A stretch of DNA of 64,000 nt from Lingula anatina (GCA_051362555.1 CM120642.1:13020001-13084000), one strand, 5' to 3'. Shown: positions 1 through 13,959, counted from the stretch's first letter. Notes: generated by a model from the sequence alone, not told the origin. A program made the numbers and translations.

Positions 1-321
1 TCATTGCGGATGTTCTCAAGGGCCGCTTACCTCAATTATTTCGGTTTTAAAACGTCAACACCTAACATATTTGTATCTGACGATAATGACACCTCCCAAA
101 ATAGCGAAATTCATGCCTGTTGAGGATTTTGATATGCACGCTGTGTTAACTAGCACAGCGTGCATATCAATAGGGTGCGGTGAATTATATGCTTTTTTTG
201 AACATTTCTTGACAAAAAGGGTCAAAAAGTGCATTTCTGGCGACAGTCTAGCTTGACAGTAAACTGTCAGCTCACATGGTAAGTAAACTCAGTCCTAAAT
301 GTATCAATCGCAGTGGTAACG

Positions 322-570
322 CAGTGGCGGATTTGGGGGGGGGGGGGTCCGGGGGCTCCTGCCCCCCCCCCCCAACTATTTCTGAAAAAATCACACGAAT
401 GCTCCCCTCTTAAAATGAGAATTTTGACTAGCTGTATCATAACCGTACCAAATGGCACCATTCGACCTCTAAAATACCAATTTTTTTCGGAACCCTATTC
501 CAAGGGGGGGGGGGGGGTCGGCCGGACCCTCCCCCCCCCCCCTCTTCAAATAATCCTGGATCCGCCCCTG
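322..570. mobile_element. Non-autonomous TIR element (MITE) with CAG...CTG termini and poly-G/poly-C tracts
   Basis: The left end CAGTGGCGGATTT pairs with the right end GGATCCGCCCCTG. The flanks TAACG / TAACA look like a 5-bp TSD with one mismatch. Confidence 0.7.
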
Positions 571-1315
571 TAACATCAAAAACGGATCCTGCAAGCTCTA
601 AAACATAAGTAAAGACCTATGGCAAGCTATAGTGCCTTTGTTGTTGATGAAACTCTAGGAAGGCTATTTGTCTGCCATTTATAAAAATTGTCAAATTACC
701 GACCTATATGGTTGTTGTTTAAATAATTAAATGTTAGATTTTTGTTCAGTATCAATTTTACTTCAAGGAAAACTTTGATTTAAATTGAAAATTTGATTTA
801 CCCTACCCTAATATAAAAAAGCAGCGTACAGGCACAGATCAAAATAGTCAACAGAAGTGCTAACGTATGGATATCGTTCTACTCCCCAAGAAAAAAAAGC
901 TTTTGTGCATATAGACACACTCAAAAATGTTTCTTGTACCTGAACTCCCCTTTCTGTCGTATCCGCAAGAAGCAGGGGATGAAAATCAGTTTTTTCTTTT
1001 AAATTACAGAACAAATTTAGTTTACAGCATATCTTTTCAAATTTGTGTCACAAGAAAATTACTGTGGAATAAATTGTAGCTGATACATAAATGCATTCAG
1101 TACGTGTTTTAGCGTGTAACGATAATGTTTGATAAGATTCAAAAAGATTTTTTTTTTCGATCAATGAAACACAGTAACACAAGTTTCTGATATCTGCCAC
1201 TATATTGATTTACGCCGCGAATTATAAAATATTAAAAGTAATTGGCACGAAGGCAGCTTTCCTTATAAAAGCTCCAGATTTGAAAGAGGTCTGAATATAA
1301 AAATCACGATGTATC

Positions 1316-4300
1316 TTAGATTGATGGGAGGTTCCTTTCAACCAGCTGCAGATCTTTGAGAGGCTTTGCTATATTGCGTAAAAGATATGTCTTAAATTTT
1401 AACATGGTGGGATCAAAGGTATAATTCTTCAGAGCTTCTTTACAAGGAGGCAGATGATACGCAGTGGCATATTTGTCAAAATGACATTTTTTGTAGTGTT
1501 GATTCATTCCAAACTTTTCGTGCACTTGAACAGAATGGCGGGTTTTTTCCAGCTTTTCTGCAATTTTCCAGCAGTAATGATTATGTACATTTCTGCAAGC
1601 CATTGGATCAATGATACTTTTAGTTGACGTCCCAACTGGCGTTAGTTCTCTCAAATGGTAGGTCTGACGTAACGTTAACGTGACTTGTGGCTCTGACGTA
1701 TTCTGTGGTAGTTCAGAAAAGTAATACACATTTCTGAAGTTATACATGCGATGTGGATGCCTTGGCTTCGTCTCCTTTTCGATGGCGTCTATAAGTTCAG
1801 AATAAGTCATCATATTTCCACGAGGAACTATCATTTCGTCTAAATCTGTGATGACGATTTTTCCATATCTGTACATGTTCTTATACATACAGTCATTAAG
1901 CACAGGGGTAGCCATTAGATGAAACATGATTTCTCCGTCCTCCGTCATGGGCCGGGGTACCCTCGTGTAAGTTAAGACCCCCTGCTGGTGATAGTATAAG
2001 AAGACCCTCTCTGTGGTTTGATTCACCATGCTGCCGTAAATATTGATTTCCTTCACTCCCCAGAGTTTGTGAAGCTCCACCCACTCCACTATTCTATAAG
2101 GATCGAACGTCCAGTAGGTGATACTGACGCAACTTCCAAAGTCCACTTTATTCTCGTTGCTAGGATACCGTACAGGAATGCACACTTGCTTATGAGATTC
2201 CCAATTGTATTGTTTCAAATAAGTTTGATCAACGACGGAGACGAAAATAGCTTTTTTGGAGGTAAATTTTAAAGGCGCACACACAAATATGTACTCCCGA
2301 AAATGTTTCCCGTGACGACTACCCCCGCGGCCGATATCGGTTACTGTTATTGTCTGCAAAATAGGACTTTTTATTCCTTCATAAGTCACAATGCAAGAGA
2401 ACTTTTCCTTTTCAACTTTATTTTTGTCTGCCATTCCTATAATGCGAATAGCGGGCCTGGTTTTCGGATCAATAGTAAGTCTATCGTCATAGTATGCAGA
2501 TAGAATATACATTTCTGTTGTGATATTGGGCACGAACCATCGCTCTGTTACGACTGGGCCGCCAGGACGTAGTCCGAAGTTTTTCACTTTTACTCGATTA
2601 ACGAACATGGGCTTGTCTTTTGTGAGGACATACAATATGGCAACGCTGGTCACGCCCAATAAAACCATAGCGAGGCGGACGAACCGCACCTGTAAGTACA
2701 ATATAATAGAAAAAACAGATGTGTGTCATGTTAGTAAGTACGCTAGAGAAACATACTGATGGCCACACTTGGAATCATATATAGATTATTTAAAGCGTTC
2801 ACCACATACGAACCTTCATGCTGTTGTCTCGAGAATAAAAATGATTCACACTTGCTGCTTACAGGAAATATTTACAGGTAAAAAAAGCTTTCGAAGAGAC
2901 GACCTACAGGCGGGATCTGATTACATGAATCGCTAAGTGTCTAGGTGCTAAACAATCAGGAGAAATTTATTTCTTTGATTAATGAGTTAATTGAACAGAA
3001 TCTAAAGGTCCGATGAGCCATTTATGTTTTTATTCTAAACAAAGGAAGACTTTAAAGCTTGTTTCGACTTTTCAGACTTTCAAACAAATTTGAAAAAGAA
3101 ATTTAAAAAGAAAGTTTTCAATATGAATTAAAAAGATGCCCTCTCCTCAAATCTGGCTTTATCGTTATCAAGGAATAAAGGAACGGTTTCAAAGGTTGTT
3201 TCGACTTTTGGGACGTTCAAATAAATTTACAAAGAATGCTTCAAATGTATCACAGTTTTTTCTAAATCAAATCTCATTATACCCTTTTCAAGCTACAGTC
3301 TAGACAGATGACAGAGTGCTCAGGTTGATTTTGATGTGCCCCGTGATATTCAACGTGAGAAAAATGGCATATAATAAACCTGTTAATCTGACTGCCCCAG
3401 CCCCCCCCCCCCCCCCCCCCCCCCAACACACGTGCAAGTATTAATGTACTATGTGCCTGTGGATTTTCTGTGGTATACAATGGACCCCTGTGAAATATAG
3501 ATCAAATTGTACTAGTTTCGAACTTTGTTCACGGTATTAATCCTACACCTGTTGTTTATGCTTATCTGGCTCAGTGAGACTGACATATAGAGCATCACGT
3601 AACTGCGGTATACGTGACCTGTTAGTTGTGAATGCTAGCATCAAATTTTAGGACTGCTAGTTTTTCGCTGGAGTGAGCACCGAACCACAGAATGTTAATT
3701 ATTAACTTCACAGTATGTTTATAAACATGTATCTCCTCCTTGCTTTGAACCCATTTTGCACTTGTATTATGAGTTCCACGTTCTCACTAACACAACACGG
3801 AAATGTATACAGCAAGTTTAAAAAATGCTACATTTTCCTCTTTAATTTTTTGCCGTAGAGAATGGACTTTTTTAATTGATTTTAAGTGTATGTGTGTTTA
3901 TATTTTCGCACGGGCCCTTGCTTTATGAAGCCATGTCAAAAGTCCTCATTTGTAAGTTGTTCAGTTCTCCACCACAGCAAATTACGTCATTTGAGATGAC
4001 AGAGGTTAAACATTAGGCCTATGACAATACAAAAACAGAATAAAGTGACTTTCTTCAATCAGCAGCTGATAGTCTGTACCTCCATTATTTCAATGTCTCC
4101 CTAGAGCATCTTCATCGGGAATGAGGTTATCCAGGTGATTGGCCTCTTTTCTGGAGATATACTTGCCCCCCCCCCCCCATCCCCCGATATTCACCTTAAC
4201 ATTCCATGATGAAGATGGCCTAGACAGACATCGAAATATTGGAGGTAAACACTTTCAATATGAGCTGTTGATTGAAGAAAATTATTTTATTCTTACAACA

Positions 4301-4423
4301 TTACACAACTGATTAATTTTAATTCCTGCCAGTACAGTAACCCCTCATTGATGTTTGTGCATTGCTGCAGACAGCTAAATGATGAGGATAAGACTAAGAA
4401 ACTGCGGAAAATGACCTTACCAT
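1316..4423 (-). CDS. Glycosyltransferase family 92 (DUF23, galt-1-like) type II membrane protein, ~458 aa; ATG at 4423-4421 spliced to exon 2689-1316
   Basis: Single long coding exon with an N-terminal TM anchor (LAMVLLGVTSVAILYVL) and the motifs SAYYDDR, IVEWVELHKLWGV, LNDCMYKN and DxD-type DLDEMIVP. ATG|GTAAGG donor at 4420 and TTACAG acceptor at 2690 join in phase 0 to give MVRFVRL. Confidence 0.88.
4037..4293. mobile_element. Inverted-repeat relic resembling head-to-head Penelope pseudo-LTR ends, with two decayed hammerhead-like motifs
   Basis: Imperfect ~85-95 bp arms (AGAATAAAGTGACTTTCTTCAATCAGCAGCT... / ...AGCTGTTGATTGAAGAAAATTATTTTATTCT). Each arm carries a degenerate nTGATGAAGATG...CATyGAAATAwTGG motif (4200-4243 +, 4079-4123 -). 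Confidence 0.6.
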
Positions 4424-6437
4424 CTCCTGAGTTAAGAATTTCCGAACATAAGTTGCTGTTGAAAATGAAGACGTCTTCACATACATGTACTCTGCCACAG
4501 ATTGAAATGCATAGAAACCTCCTCTTCCATGACGTTAAACACGCCCACTAAGTTTTGGTCTTTTTCTGATTACGCAGTGACCTGATTAGGTTATTTGGTT
4601 GGGTTAGAAAAAATCAACACAAATATTACGCCATCGGGCGCCATGTGTAGAGGATGAATACTTCCTGCCAAAAGACGATTATGGCTTGTGGACTTGAGTT
4701 TGCCTTCTATATCCCAGTATAACGCCGCCTCGGCATTTACCGGATGCTTATGAGCTATTGATTCTGCGTCTGCGGTTAGTTAGATACTACTATGTTGGGT
4801 AACCTTGTGTTTTCACTTTGTGGTGTTACGTGCGCAGAAAAAGTAAGCAGCTGAGTGTTATACAGTTGTTATGTAAACATAATAAACATGGGCCTTTTAA
4901 TCCTATAATATCACTAATATTACAAGAACTTCTAGAAAAATTAACAGAATTGAAGAAGAGGCTGATACAATAAAAGACTAATAGCGGTCCCTGTGGTCAG
5001 ATAGTAGGCCTTTTCACAAGATGGGGTGTACATTCGTGATACAGCTGTATCGGTACACTTCGAGAGGTCCTGGCACGTAATTGAACTGCAGGGAGGTTTA
5101 GTAAATTGTAGCTTTCTCAAGTTGATTAATTAGCCGTGTCGAGCAGGGGACGGCAAATCTCCTTCGTAACAACCAGGATATTTTAATATTTGAAAGCTGT
5201 CAGTCAGGGTCCTCAGGGTCCCAGTAGGCTGCATCTGTATCGTTAAATAGTACCGCTTGATGTGAAGGCGCCAGAGAGACGAAGTCGTAGCATATCAAAG
5301 ATGCTATGCTCATATTGGTGTTTGATTTTTGTATTTCAAATTACCAGAAGTGGTGTCGCATGCAAAGATAATGACTGTAATATTAGAAAAAAAAACGTTA
5401 TGCGCCTTGGGAAAAGAGTTCAGGGTTCACCCCCCCCCCCCCCCCCTCCCGTTTGTAAAATGAATTAAGAACAATAACTGATGTACTTATCGGTAAGTTG
5501 GTCAATCTTTAAGTATCACTCAGGTTGCGTCGAGATGGCGGAGATTGCCCGTTATCAATGATTTTAATGGTATTTTCAGAGTCCGTGTAAATGTCAATTC
5601 TGCATTTTGCTCACGATGTGCAAAGGTAATGAAATCAACGGTTTTGGAAACGAAACACCAACGAGTTCAGGGACAACAACGTTTTCTTAATACTGTGTTT
5701 CTGATATGTGAAGAAGTAAGATTGCTTTGGCAATGACTGTTACGCGCGTGAGAAGGACAGGGGATCAACCAAATATTCACGGAAAATACCTGTGATTCTG
5801 ACAATGCACAGTCACAAATCATCCACACCAAAGAAAAAGATTGGACGGTGACCACAGCTGAATAGAAACTTTTAGTAGAATCGGGGAAGATCTTCCTTTG
5901 ATGTCAACTAATGAGCGACGATATCAGCGAATTGTGTAAACGATTCGGGGGTTTTATAGGAAATATGAACAGTTTCCTTTTTTAAATATGACAAAAATAC
6001 ACTGCTGCCCCCTCGCCCTCTACACGATAGCATGCCAGCACATTATTTAGTACTTGACAGAACTCAAGTGACTGGTAACATACAGTATCTCCGTTGCGTT
6101 TTCGCTTTTAGCATTGGCACCGTCAGTCTAGGAAGACTATGGATTCGTACTTTTGGTATGATCATTTGCCCTGATATTACAGCGCCGAGAAAATTTCAAT
6201 TATAGAGGATATGCAAATTTAAGACGAGTGGTATTAGAAGTGTAACACGCATCTGAAAAGTAAGTACTAACTGCCTCATGGCAAATTTGGAAGATAAAAT
6301 GCGATGAAAATTACACCTATGTGACTGACGTAAGACTTTCTGCATACTAGACAAAAGTGTTCATATAAATATAATTATAATTTGACACATAAACTGCATG
6401 TGGTGGTTGTACATGTAGTTTGTTAACTAAACAGTCG

Positions 6438-6478
<41 letters not shown>

Positions 6479-8398
6479 TTCACTGAATAACAAACAGCTC
6501 ACCTTAGGCATTTGCTTCAGAGGAAGGACAATTTCACAGCAGAAAGACGAGTAAGCTGACCCCACGCACATTTTCGGTGTCGGGTTCTTCAAATGAGCAG
6601 AGTAGGCAACCTGCCGTTATAAATGAAGAAATAATACCGAGGCAGTCCGATAGCAAAGCTTTCAAGTTGTATACATACCGATCATAAATCAGCATGCTTA
6701 CGTGATTTTGCATGTCTCGGCACACGCGCCGTTTTTTATTTTCTTCTTTTTGTACTAGGTTATATTGCAAGTGAAGTAGCCTAATTTTAAAGCACTGTGT
6801 GGTAGCACTTCTTACAATGTGATGCATGTAAAAAAAATTGCGGAAGCATCGTTCACTGGGGATTATTATTTTTTTTTGGGGGGGGGAGAGGAGGTTTGGG
6901 GAGGGGGGGGCTGGGAGTACACAATGGTGTATTACAGTTTATCTCTTTTGAAAGCATTGTTTCACATGTCCGTCCATATGTAACTTTAGGAATCATCCCC
7001 GGTTCGACCTTGATTACGGACTTTTTAAATAGACGTACGTCCTGCCCCCTGCTTCACAAAAGAAATAAAAACAAAAGGGAATCTGTATTAAGGACCGAGG
7101 ATTACAGTTACTTCATATTTATGGTTCACATCAGTTTAATCGCAGGTCAAGATAAACTAACGTTTTCGCATTTTTTCTTTTACGAAATGGGACTCAATAC
7201 AGCAAATCCGTGCCATTTATACTGAAATTCTAGTTACACATGATTACTCATTGACAGTGTTGTATGTATAAAACCATGCTCATGATTCTGACTGCACTTG
7301 ATACAACATAGCAAAGTATTTTTGTCATAATTCTGATGGTCCAAGCTCACCTGTATAGTAGTGTTAAGTAATTACAGCTTATCAGTATTCAGCCCCCAAA
7401 TCACTGACGAACGTGTCGGAGGAGACCGAAAACTGTAGTATAGGCTTCAGGAAGATCGTGTAGAAAGAGTTTTTACTTTGTGATACACGTATGCCATTAT
7501 TCATTCCGTATGTAACACGTAAGAGTATCTGTAAGTGCCATTTCCGACACAATATTGCTGCCAAATATGTAACATATTAAATCTATTGAATTTGTAATTG
7601 CGTCTTTGGATTAATAAGTAAATATGAAGGGTCATTGCTAATGAAGAAGCTAATAAACTTATTGCTATCAGTTGAATTACTCGACTGTATGAGATAAAGG
7701 TGCATGAAATAATTTGATATGATATGATAACCCTGAGTAGGCTTTATCATATCATAACACAATGTGAGTGTAATGAATGGACTTTTAAATTAATTTTATG
7801 AGAAACTCAGTCATCAATAAATTTGACAATACTGAAATACTATAGTGGTGGGAATTACACTGTAATTACACTGTATTGTGTTATTACCTTGATTATTCTA
7901 TATCGTTATGGCCGATCATCTGAACAAAAAGATGTATCATATAAACTTTGGGTTGAACACGTTAATGAACCATATTCAGTGAAAATGGATTGATTTATTT
8001 TTGCATCTTTTTAATTGGAGAAGCGAACATTGTTACTGCATCTTGTCTATCAATGCAGGCACTGGGTAAGTAATAACAATCGCATACGCGTATACTTTGG
8101 CACAATGCTGTAGGAGTGATGAGTTCCAAGTAATAAATTGTGTTAATATTGATATTCACTACAACGGTGCCTTGGGACTTTTTATTCGCCAAGACTAACC
8201 CTCGTGCATATAACGTGCGAATCCAAAATGGCCGTATAGCGTTTGATTGCGTAACTGCTCTTGATCTTCAAATTATTCTTCACCAACGCAGCTTTACTTC
8301 ATACAAATGCAGGTTTATAATAGTGGATAAAAAGTTGTCAGGTTATTGGTGCTCAAATTTTAACTTTGATTTAACTTTAAAGTGGTTGTTTTCTTTAG

Positions 8399-10449
8399 AA
8401 ATGAAGAAAGAAAGGTATAAAACGAGGATGCGTTGTTTTCCTGGTAAAGCAAATGTATTAGAAAACATATCACAGTTTTCGATTGACGCAGTAGATCGAA
8501 AATAAACTTAAATATACAAAATGTTCTTGATTATACGAGGTCTTTTTAATTTTAGAAGTTATAGAAGAATAAATTTACTGCAATTAATAAAAGAACAAGT
8601 CCAGTTATTAACCTTATTAATTTTCTTCAACTTTTCAGGTGCCTTCTACCGGTATTTAAATTAACATTATCTTTAATGTAACCACAACTTATATTGTCAT
8701 CCAGATACATCCAGCAGTGGCTAGGGCAGATGGCCTGTAGCGATATCATTAAAATAAGCACGGAGCACGCGGACGGCGAGGAGAGGTATTACGTCCCCGA
8801 GGACCGTCTCCCCAGTTTGTGTGTGGACACCGGAGGAGCATCCGCTGTCTGGTTATACGGCTTGCCGGTCTTTGCTAACGTCCAACACCAGCTAGAGGAG
8901 TGTTTCCGTGCTGATGGACCACAGGGTACGTATGGCCTGCGAAGCCAAAGACTGGGTTCCCATACCTAGATCGATCCATCTGGATCGGTCTAACTCCCTG
9001 GGGAGTCTCACTAAATTGTATCAACTGAACCGGCTTAAATTTCTGTCACGCCTACCGAAGAGACTCCACAGGGAGATAGATCGATCCAAACATCTGTGGG
9101 AATGGGCCCATAGACCTACGTATCATACTTTTGTACAGGGTGTCTCAAAATGGATGCAACACATTAATGTGATAATGATTTATTGCTTAGACAACTGCCA
9201 AGTAAAGCGCTAGGCAATATAACTGTAGACGGTTGTTGCTTTTTTCCTAGTGAAAACATTTTCGTTTTGCATTTATTGCACAGTAAGTACTATTTTGGCT
9301 TGTCACTCTCGTAAAAATATTCTTTTTAACTCTCTACGGCCTAAACTTCTAATCTTACAACTCGGGTACACCTATCTTACAAAGCGATCGCATACATACA
9401 AATACAAAACTTTTCACGTGAATATTGAGGACATCCTATAGAACCTATATTAAACACAATATTTTAAAAATATTAAGCCTGACAAAGTATATGTACATAC
9501 ACTGTTACTTTACAATGGCAACATTTTTTTTTAATTTAAGGGATTCCATATGAACCCTATAAAGAATTAATCCAGGTGCGAAGTAAGCTCTTTGCTGGGA
9601 GGTTCTGGCCAAATCTGATGAAACAACTTGCGGACAATATACCATCGCTGACATCAAAGTTAGGTTCGTATTTTGAAGAAAAAAAAGATTAACGTTGTGT
9701 TTTGCATATACAGTGTATGTTGTCTAGAAAAAGTGCACGGGGGATACAATCAAAGTTTGTGGTTTATATCTTAAGCCAAACTGATTAAACTTGCATTTTC
9801 AATTACCTTTATATGTCTAAAAGGAAGTTGTTCACAGAAAAATGTGTGTATTAACAAGTTGTTGTAGCCTACAGTTTGTCATGCATATATTCCCACAGAG
9901 ACAGGTGCATCCATCTTGGAAATTGGCTGCGGAAGTGGTGACTTTATGAAGACGTTTGCCAGGAAGTTCACAAATAGCCAGTTTTTGGGGATTGATTCTT
10001 GTTCAGAAGCTATCAAATATGCCTCTGAAACAGCTGCCAGTGACAAAATCAGCAACGTCGCCTTTGCTGAAAAGGATGGTCAAAATCTCCCATCTGATTG
10101 GTCCGGGATGTACGACTACGTCATCACGGTCAAAGTGATCCATGACGCGACAGACCCGAAGAAAATGCTCAATGAAATAAAGCGGGTTTTAAAACCAGAC
10201 GGTCTGGCGTCTATTATAGACCTTCCCATGCGCAGCAAAGTTAGTGAAAACCTCAATTCCCTTATAGCCAACACTGTCTATACCGCAGGCCTATTTCACT
10301 GCATTCCATCCTCAATGTTTTATGGTGGGCCTGGATTGGGACCCTGTTGGGGAGTCGAGAACATGGAAGAGTTGCTGGCGACCGCCGGGTTTAAGGTGAA
10401 GACGATCCTTAATGAACAAATTGCTCATTATGTGTGCACTGATAAATAG
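8399..10449 (+). CDS. Class I SAM-dependent methyltransferase, Rv2258c-like; exons 8399-8414, 8705-8925, 9541-9663, 9899-10449; true N-terminus uncertain
   Basis: The spliced frame reads MKKERYIQQWLGQM...ECFRADGPQG|IPYEPY...SKL|ETGASILEIGCGSG (motif I)...YDYVITVKVIHDATDP...LKPDG...GLGPCWG. All junctions are GT-AG and phase-compatible. Confidence 0.85.
8951..9108. mobile_element. Degenerate copy of the Harbinger-like MITE family
   Basis: Shares TAGATCGATC, GGGGAGTCTCACTA and TGGGAATG blocks with the copies at 19.3, 25.2, 26.5 and 44.3 kb. Confidence 0.6.
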
Positions 10450-10606
10450 TGGATGAAGTAAGAGAATGAATACTGGGTTAAATTTTGGTGAGTGACACTA
10501 GACTTCCGATATAATTTTACATTTTGGATGACAGCGTGAATTCAAAAGCGCGTCCAAAATAACTAATTTAACAGTAAAATGCTGCTTGTGTTTCATTCAG
10601 TTCATG

Positions 10607-12362
10607 TCAAATTTCGCACTCGTCTGTAGATTGCGACCACACGATGAGCTCCGTAGAATCCTCGCTGCTCTTGTTCATTCTGCACTTTCCTTTTCTGTGT
10701 AAATACACTACCAGTGCCACACTTAGCAATAATACCATCACTCCAGCTGTTGTAGCTATTGGCAAAATACTCTTGGAAAAGTCATTCTCTTTATGTTTTA
10801 AGACGTCTGGAAATGAAAATAAATAATTAAAGAACTTGACGTTGTTTGTTGATCGATTCAGCCAACTGATAAAAAATAGTAAATAAATGCATCGGCAATG
10901 ATGTGAAATGGCATAAATGTGCTTGACTGTGCTTTCAGTTGTTTTAACACCAAAGGTAAAATGTCATGATGCGGAAAATTTATATTTGATATAGAAATAA
11001 TGAGACAGATTTAAGTGAAATCTGTCCTTCGACATTTCAAACTGCATCATTACTCAGCGTGGGACGAATCCAGACTTCTGTTATCGCTTGCTCAATTTTT
11101 TCTTTTCGTATGCAATCACCAGTTACATTATCCAAATCGTAACCTGTAAATTAAAACAGACATAAAGCTGGTTAATTCGTGCTTTCAGTTGGAGGATATA
11201 CGATACGTATATGTGAATGCATGTTTCATTCAAATATTTGAAGTTAATCGAAGACATTTTTCTTTAATAACGTAAACCATGGGATTTGATAAATAAAAGA
11301 TGCTTCTAAATAAACAATTCTTTATTAATGATGAACAAAAGCACAAAGTTTTCAGGTCATCGTCGTTTTTCCAACTTGACACTATTTTCATAACACGACA
11401 AATGAAAAGAGTACCTGGCTTACATCGTCCACAAAGTACATTATGGTTCTTGGTGCAGTTTCTCAACAGCACCTGGCCATCTTCACACGAATTGCACTCG
11501 TCACATACCCTAGTATAATCGATGACTACAGAATAAGACACTCCATCTTCACATTTTTTGCAAACGGTGTCGTTAAAACCCTGGCATTGCCAGAACACGC
11601 CAGATCCCGGGAGACAGACCGAACAAGTGGTGCACCCTATCGTGCCATTCTTGTGAACTGTGAAGTATTGGTTGAGCGGGTCACAGTTTGGAAGAACCTC
11701 GGAAATGGGTTGATCTTCAGACTGACCAGTTGCATTGCCGTGTCCTTCTCTTCCTGATACTACATTTATACAAGTAGTCTGTACAATCAGTATAACCTGC
11801 GTATGAAGAGAAAAAGTGTTTTCTTCTGAATCTTTTCAAATTTAGTAGTTTTAATTAGCTTGCAACCTACTGATAACTATGTGTAATAACCCCAGCCCTG
11901 CACAATTTTAATTATAATCGACTAACCAATATACAATCGCTAGTGCCCAAAATATCGACCATTAAATCGAGCACCGTTAGGGGTTTCAGGTTAAAATAAA
12001 CACCTTCAACATTGAGTAGCGCACAGTTATCATTTTTCCCACGTCGCAAAACACACAAAGGTTTATACTAGTACGGGATTAGACACGTGGTTAACACCTG
12101 CATGGGTTAATAGTCTTGTACCAGTACAGTGTAAATATCACATTTTATTTAGCCTACCTTAAAAACGTAACACAAAATAAAAGTTTTTTGTTGGTGTTGT
12201 TGTTGTTGTTTTTTGTTTTTGTTCGAAGATATCTTTTGGGATCGAATAGTGATAGATTCGTTGCCACATATTCCTGGTTAACAAAGGTGGCCACTTATAA
12301 TATAGCCTGCACACGTAAAATTATACACTTACCGTCCAAATGAACTGGCTATAGGGAAACAT
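10607..12362 (-). CDS. TNF-receptor superfamily (p75/TNFRSF16-like CRDs) type I membrane protein A, ~233 aa, short tail, no death domain; exons 12362-12333, 11796-11415, 11143-11054, 10806-10607
   Basis: Signal-like MFPYSQFIWT|VILIVQTTC. CRDs CTTCSVCLPGSG...CKKCEDGVSYS...CDECNSC...CGRCKPG|YDLDNVTGDC. TM ILPIATTAGVMVLLLSVALVVYL. The tail ends STDECEI*. Exon phases are consistent. Confidence 0.85.
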
Positions 12363-12939
12363 TGCTCGAAATAACTTGTATACAAATTTAAATGCATCAC
12401 CAGTCCACCCCTTCTAGTGTCCATATGATATACTGCTGGCATGGCCTCAATAAAATATGACATTAACAGAGGCGACATACAAGTTGTGCATATACATGTT
12501 GAGTAGTCCTTAACTGTCGCATAACCTATTTTTAAAGACGAACACAAAGACCTGGGGGTACGCTGGGGGAGGGTGCCATCTGCTCGTGACATTTACGACA
12601 GCCAATCAAAATTAAAAGCATCCTTCTGTAAAGTAATGGTAACTGGGTCAAGAAGTAGGCCTACTTAGACTTATGAAAAAAAAAACGGTGCACGCTAGAC
12701 CCAAGGCTATCTAGGTAATCATGATTTCGTTTATCTTTTTCATGTCAGTGCCATGGATAAATATGATGGTAAGATGACGGTCAATATTAACGTTATGCGC
12801 AACAAAAGACATCAAGTTTGTACAACGTTGTCCAAGACCCCATGTGCTTCCAACGACCTGTATATATCTTTTGTTGTATACTTTTAGCTTATACATTCCA
12901 GCCACTTGAAGCTTTATAATTGGCTTTCAAACTACTTTT

Positions 12940-13320
12940 TGGTTTTTTCTTAATGCAAAAGTAATCATCCCTGTGCTGTCATTCTAGTTCAAAATGCAGT
13001 TTTCTTTTTTCTAAGCTTTATTACAGAAAAATATCCTGCATAGTGAATTTCTTACTCCTTGTTATTTTTACAATATCCAGGCATATTAAGCCGGAGCATA
13101 TCAGCTTTTTACATCAATTTTCACTTTGCTTTACTAACTTCCAAATTCCAAATCTAAAGAAAAACTTTCCTGTTATTTCTTTCATAACGTGAGTCGGGGC
13201 ATATTTAGCTTTGACTACCGTTATTTTTCCCTTTGCCGCCAGTATTCTCTTCGACCATGCTCTTGTTATTCTGTCCTTTTTTCCTTCAGTAAATAACAAA
13301 TGACTTCAATTTCTTTAAGA
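12940..13320 (-). mobile_element. Decayed L1/Tx1-type LINE ORF2 fragment
   Basis: Translation WSKRILAAKGKITVVK...KEITGKFFFRFGIW resembles the post-RT WxxRxLxxxGKIxxxK...FxW region of L1/Tx1 ORF2. Confidence 0.6.
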
Positions 13321-13481
13321 TTTACACTACATCTAATGTCCAAAGAGAAAGCGCGGAATAAGTAAAATGTGTTTAAGCATCTGAATCAAATTTGTGCTGT
13401 ACCCAGTAAATACAGCTTTTACAGTTTTACAGCTTGATCTCCAGTAAGTATGGAGCAGATTAAAACAAAGTAAATACTTAC

Positions 13482-13614
13482 TCGACCTCACAAAAGCCGT
13501 AAGAAATATATCATCTTTGCTGAGCTGGAACTTGCAGAAATTACGCGATATCTCCCCAATGCGGTTAAATGGCACTATCCCGTTAATACTCTCTGTGTCC
13601 TTGAGGGTAATAAT
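13482..13614 (-). pseudogene. 5'-truncated sulfotransferase exon-1 fragment; no downstream exons
   Basis: Encodes [43 protein letters not shown] followed by the same intron-1 start as the 18.0 and 27.0 kb copies. ATG region and exons 2-6 are absent. Confidence 0.85.
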
Positions 13615-13959
13615 TTGTGCAGGTAACTTATGTAAAAGCGGGTGACCTCCGGTCTACTGAGGCCGGAGGAGTGCTTCCGAACTGACGGACTACAGTGTGC
13701 TACTGTGTAAAAAACCGTCACTGGGGAATGTACATGTAATTGTAGACGGTCGTAGATTATTGCAGGTAAAATAGTTTTAGTTTCGAGAAGTGTAAGTGAC
13801 TATTATGGCTTGTCTCTTAAGAAAACCCTTTCCAAGTCTTTCCAAATTATAAAACATTTTACACAAACATCTTCATACACTTATCCTACTCAACACAAAT
13901 ATCAAACTACCGGTGCATTTAGTTCTAACGACCTGTGTTTGTTTTTGTTTTAAACTTTT

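Noticed and set aside
267-573. ORFs with GGGG/PPPP runs and apparent G-quadruplex potential
   Set aside because: They arise from the poly-G/poly-C tracts of the MITE at 322-570.
4680-7500. Several exon-like segments between GT92 and the methyltransferase
   Set aside because: They could not be joined into a coherent coding frame. They may be UTR exons, but this is unsupported without transcripts.
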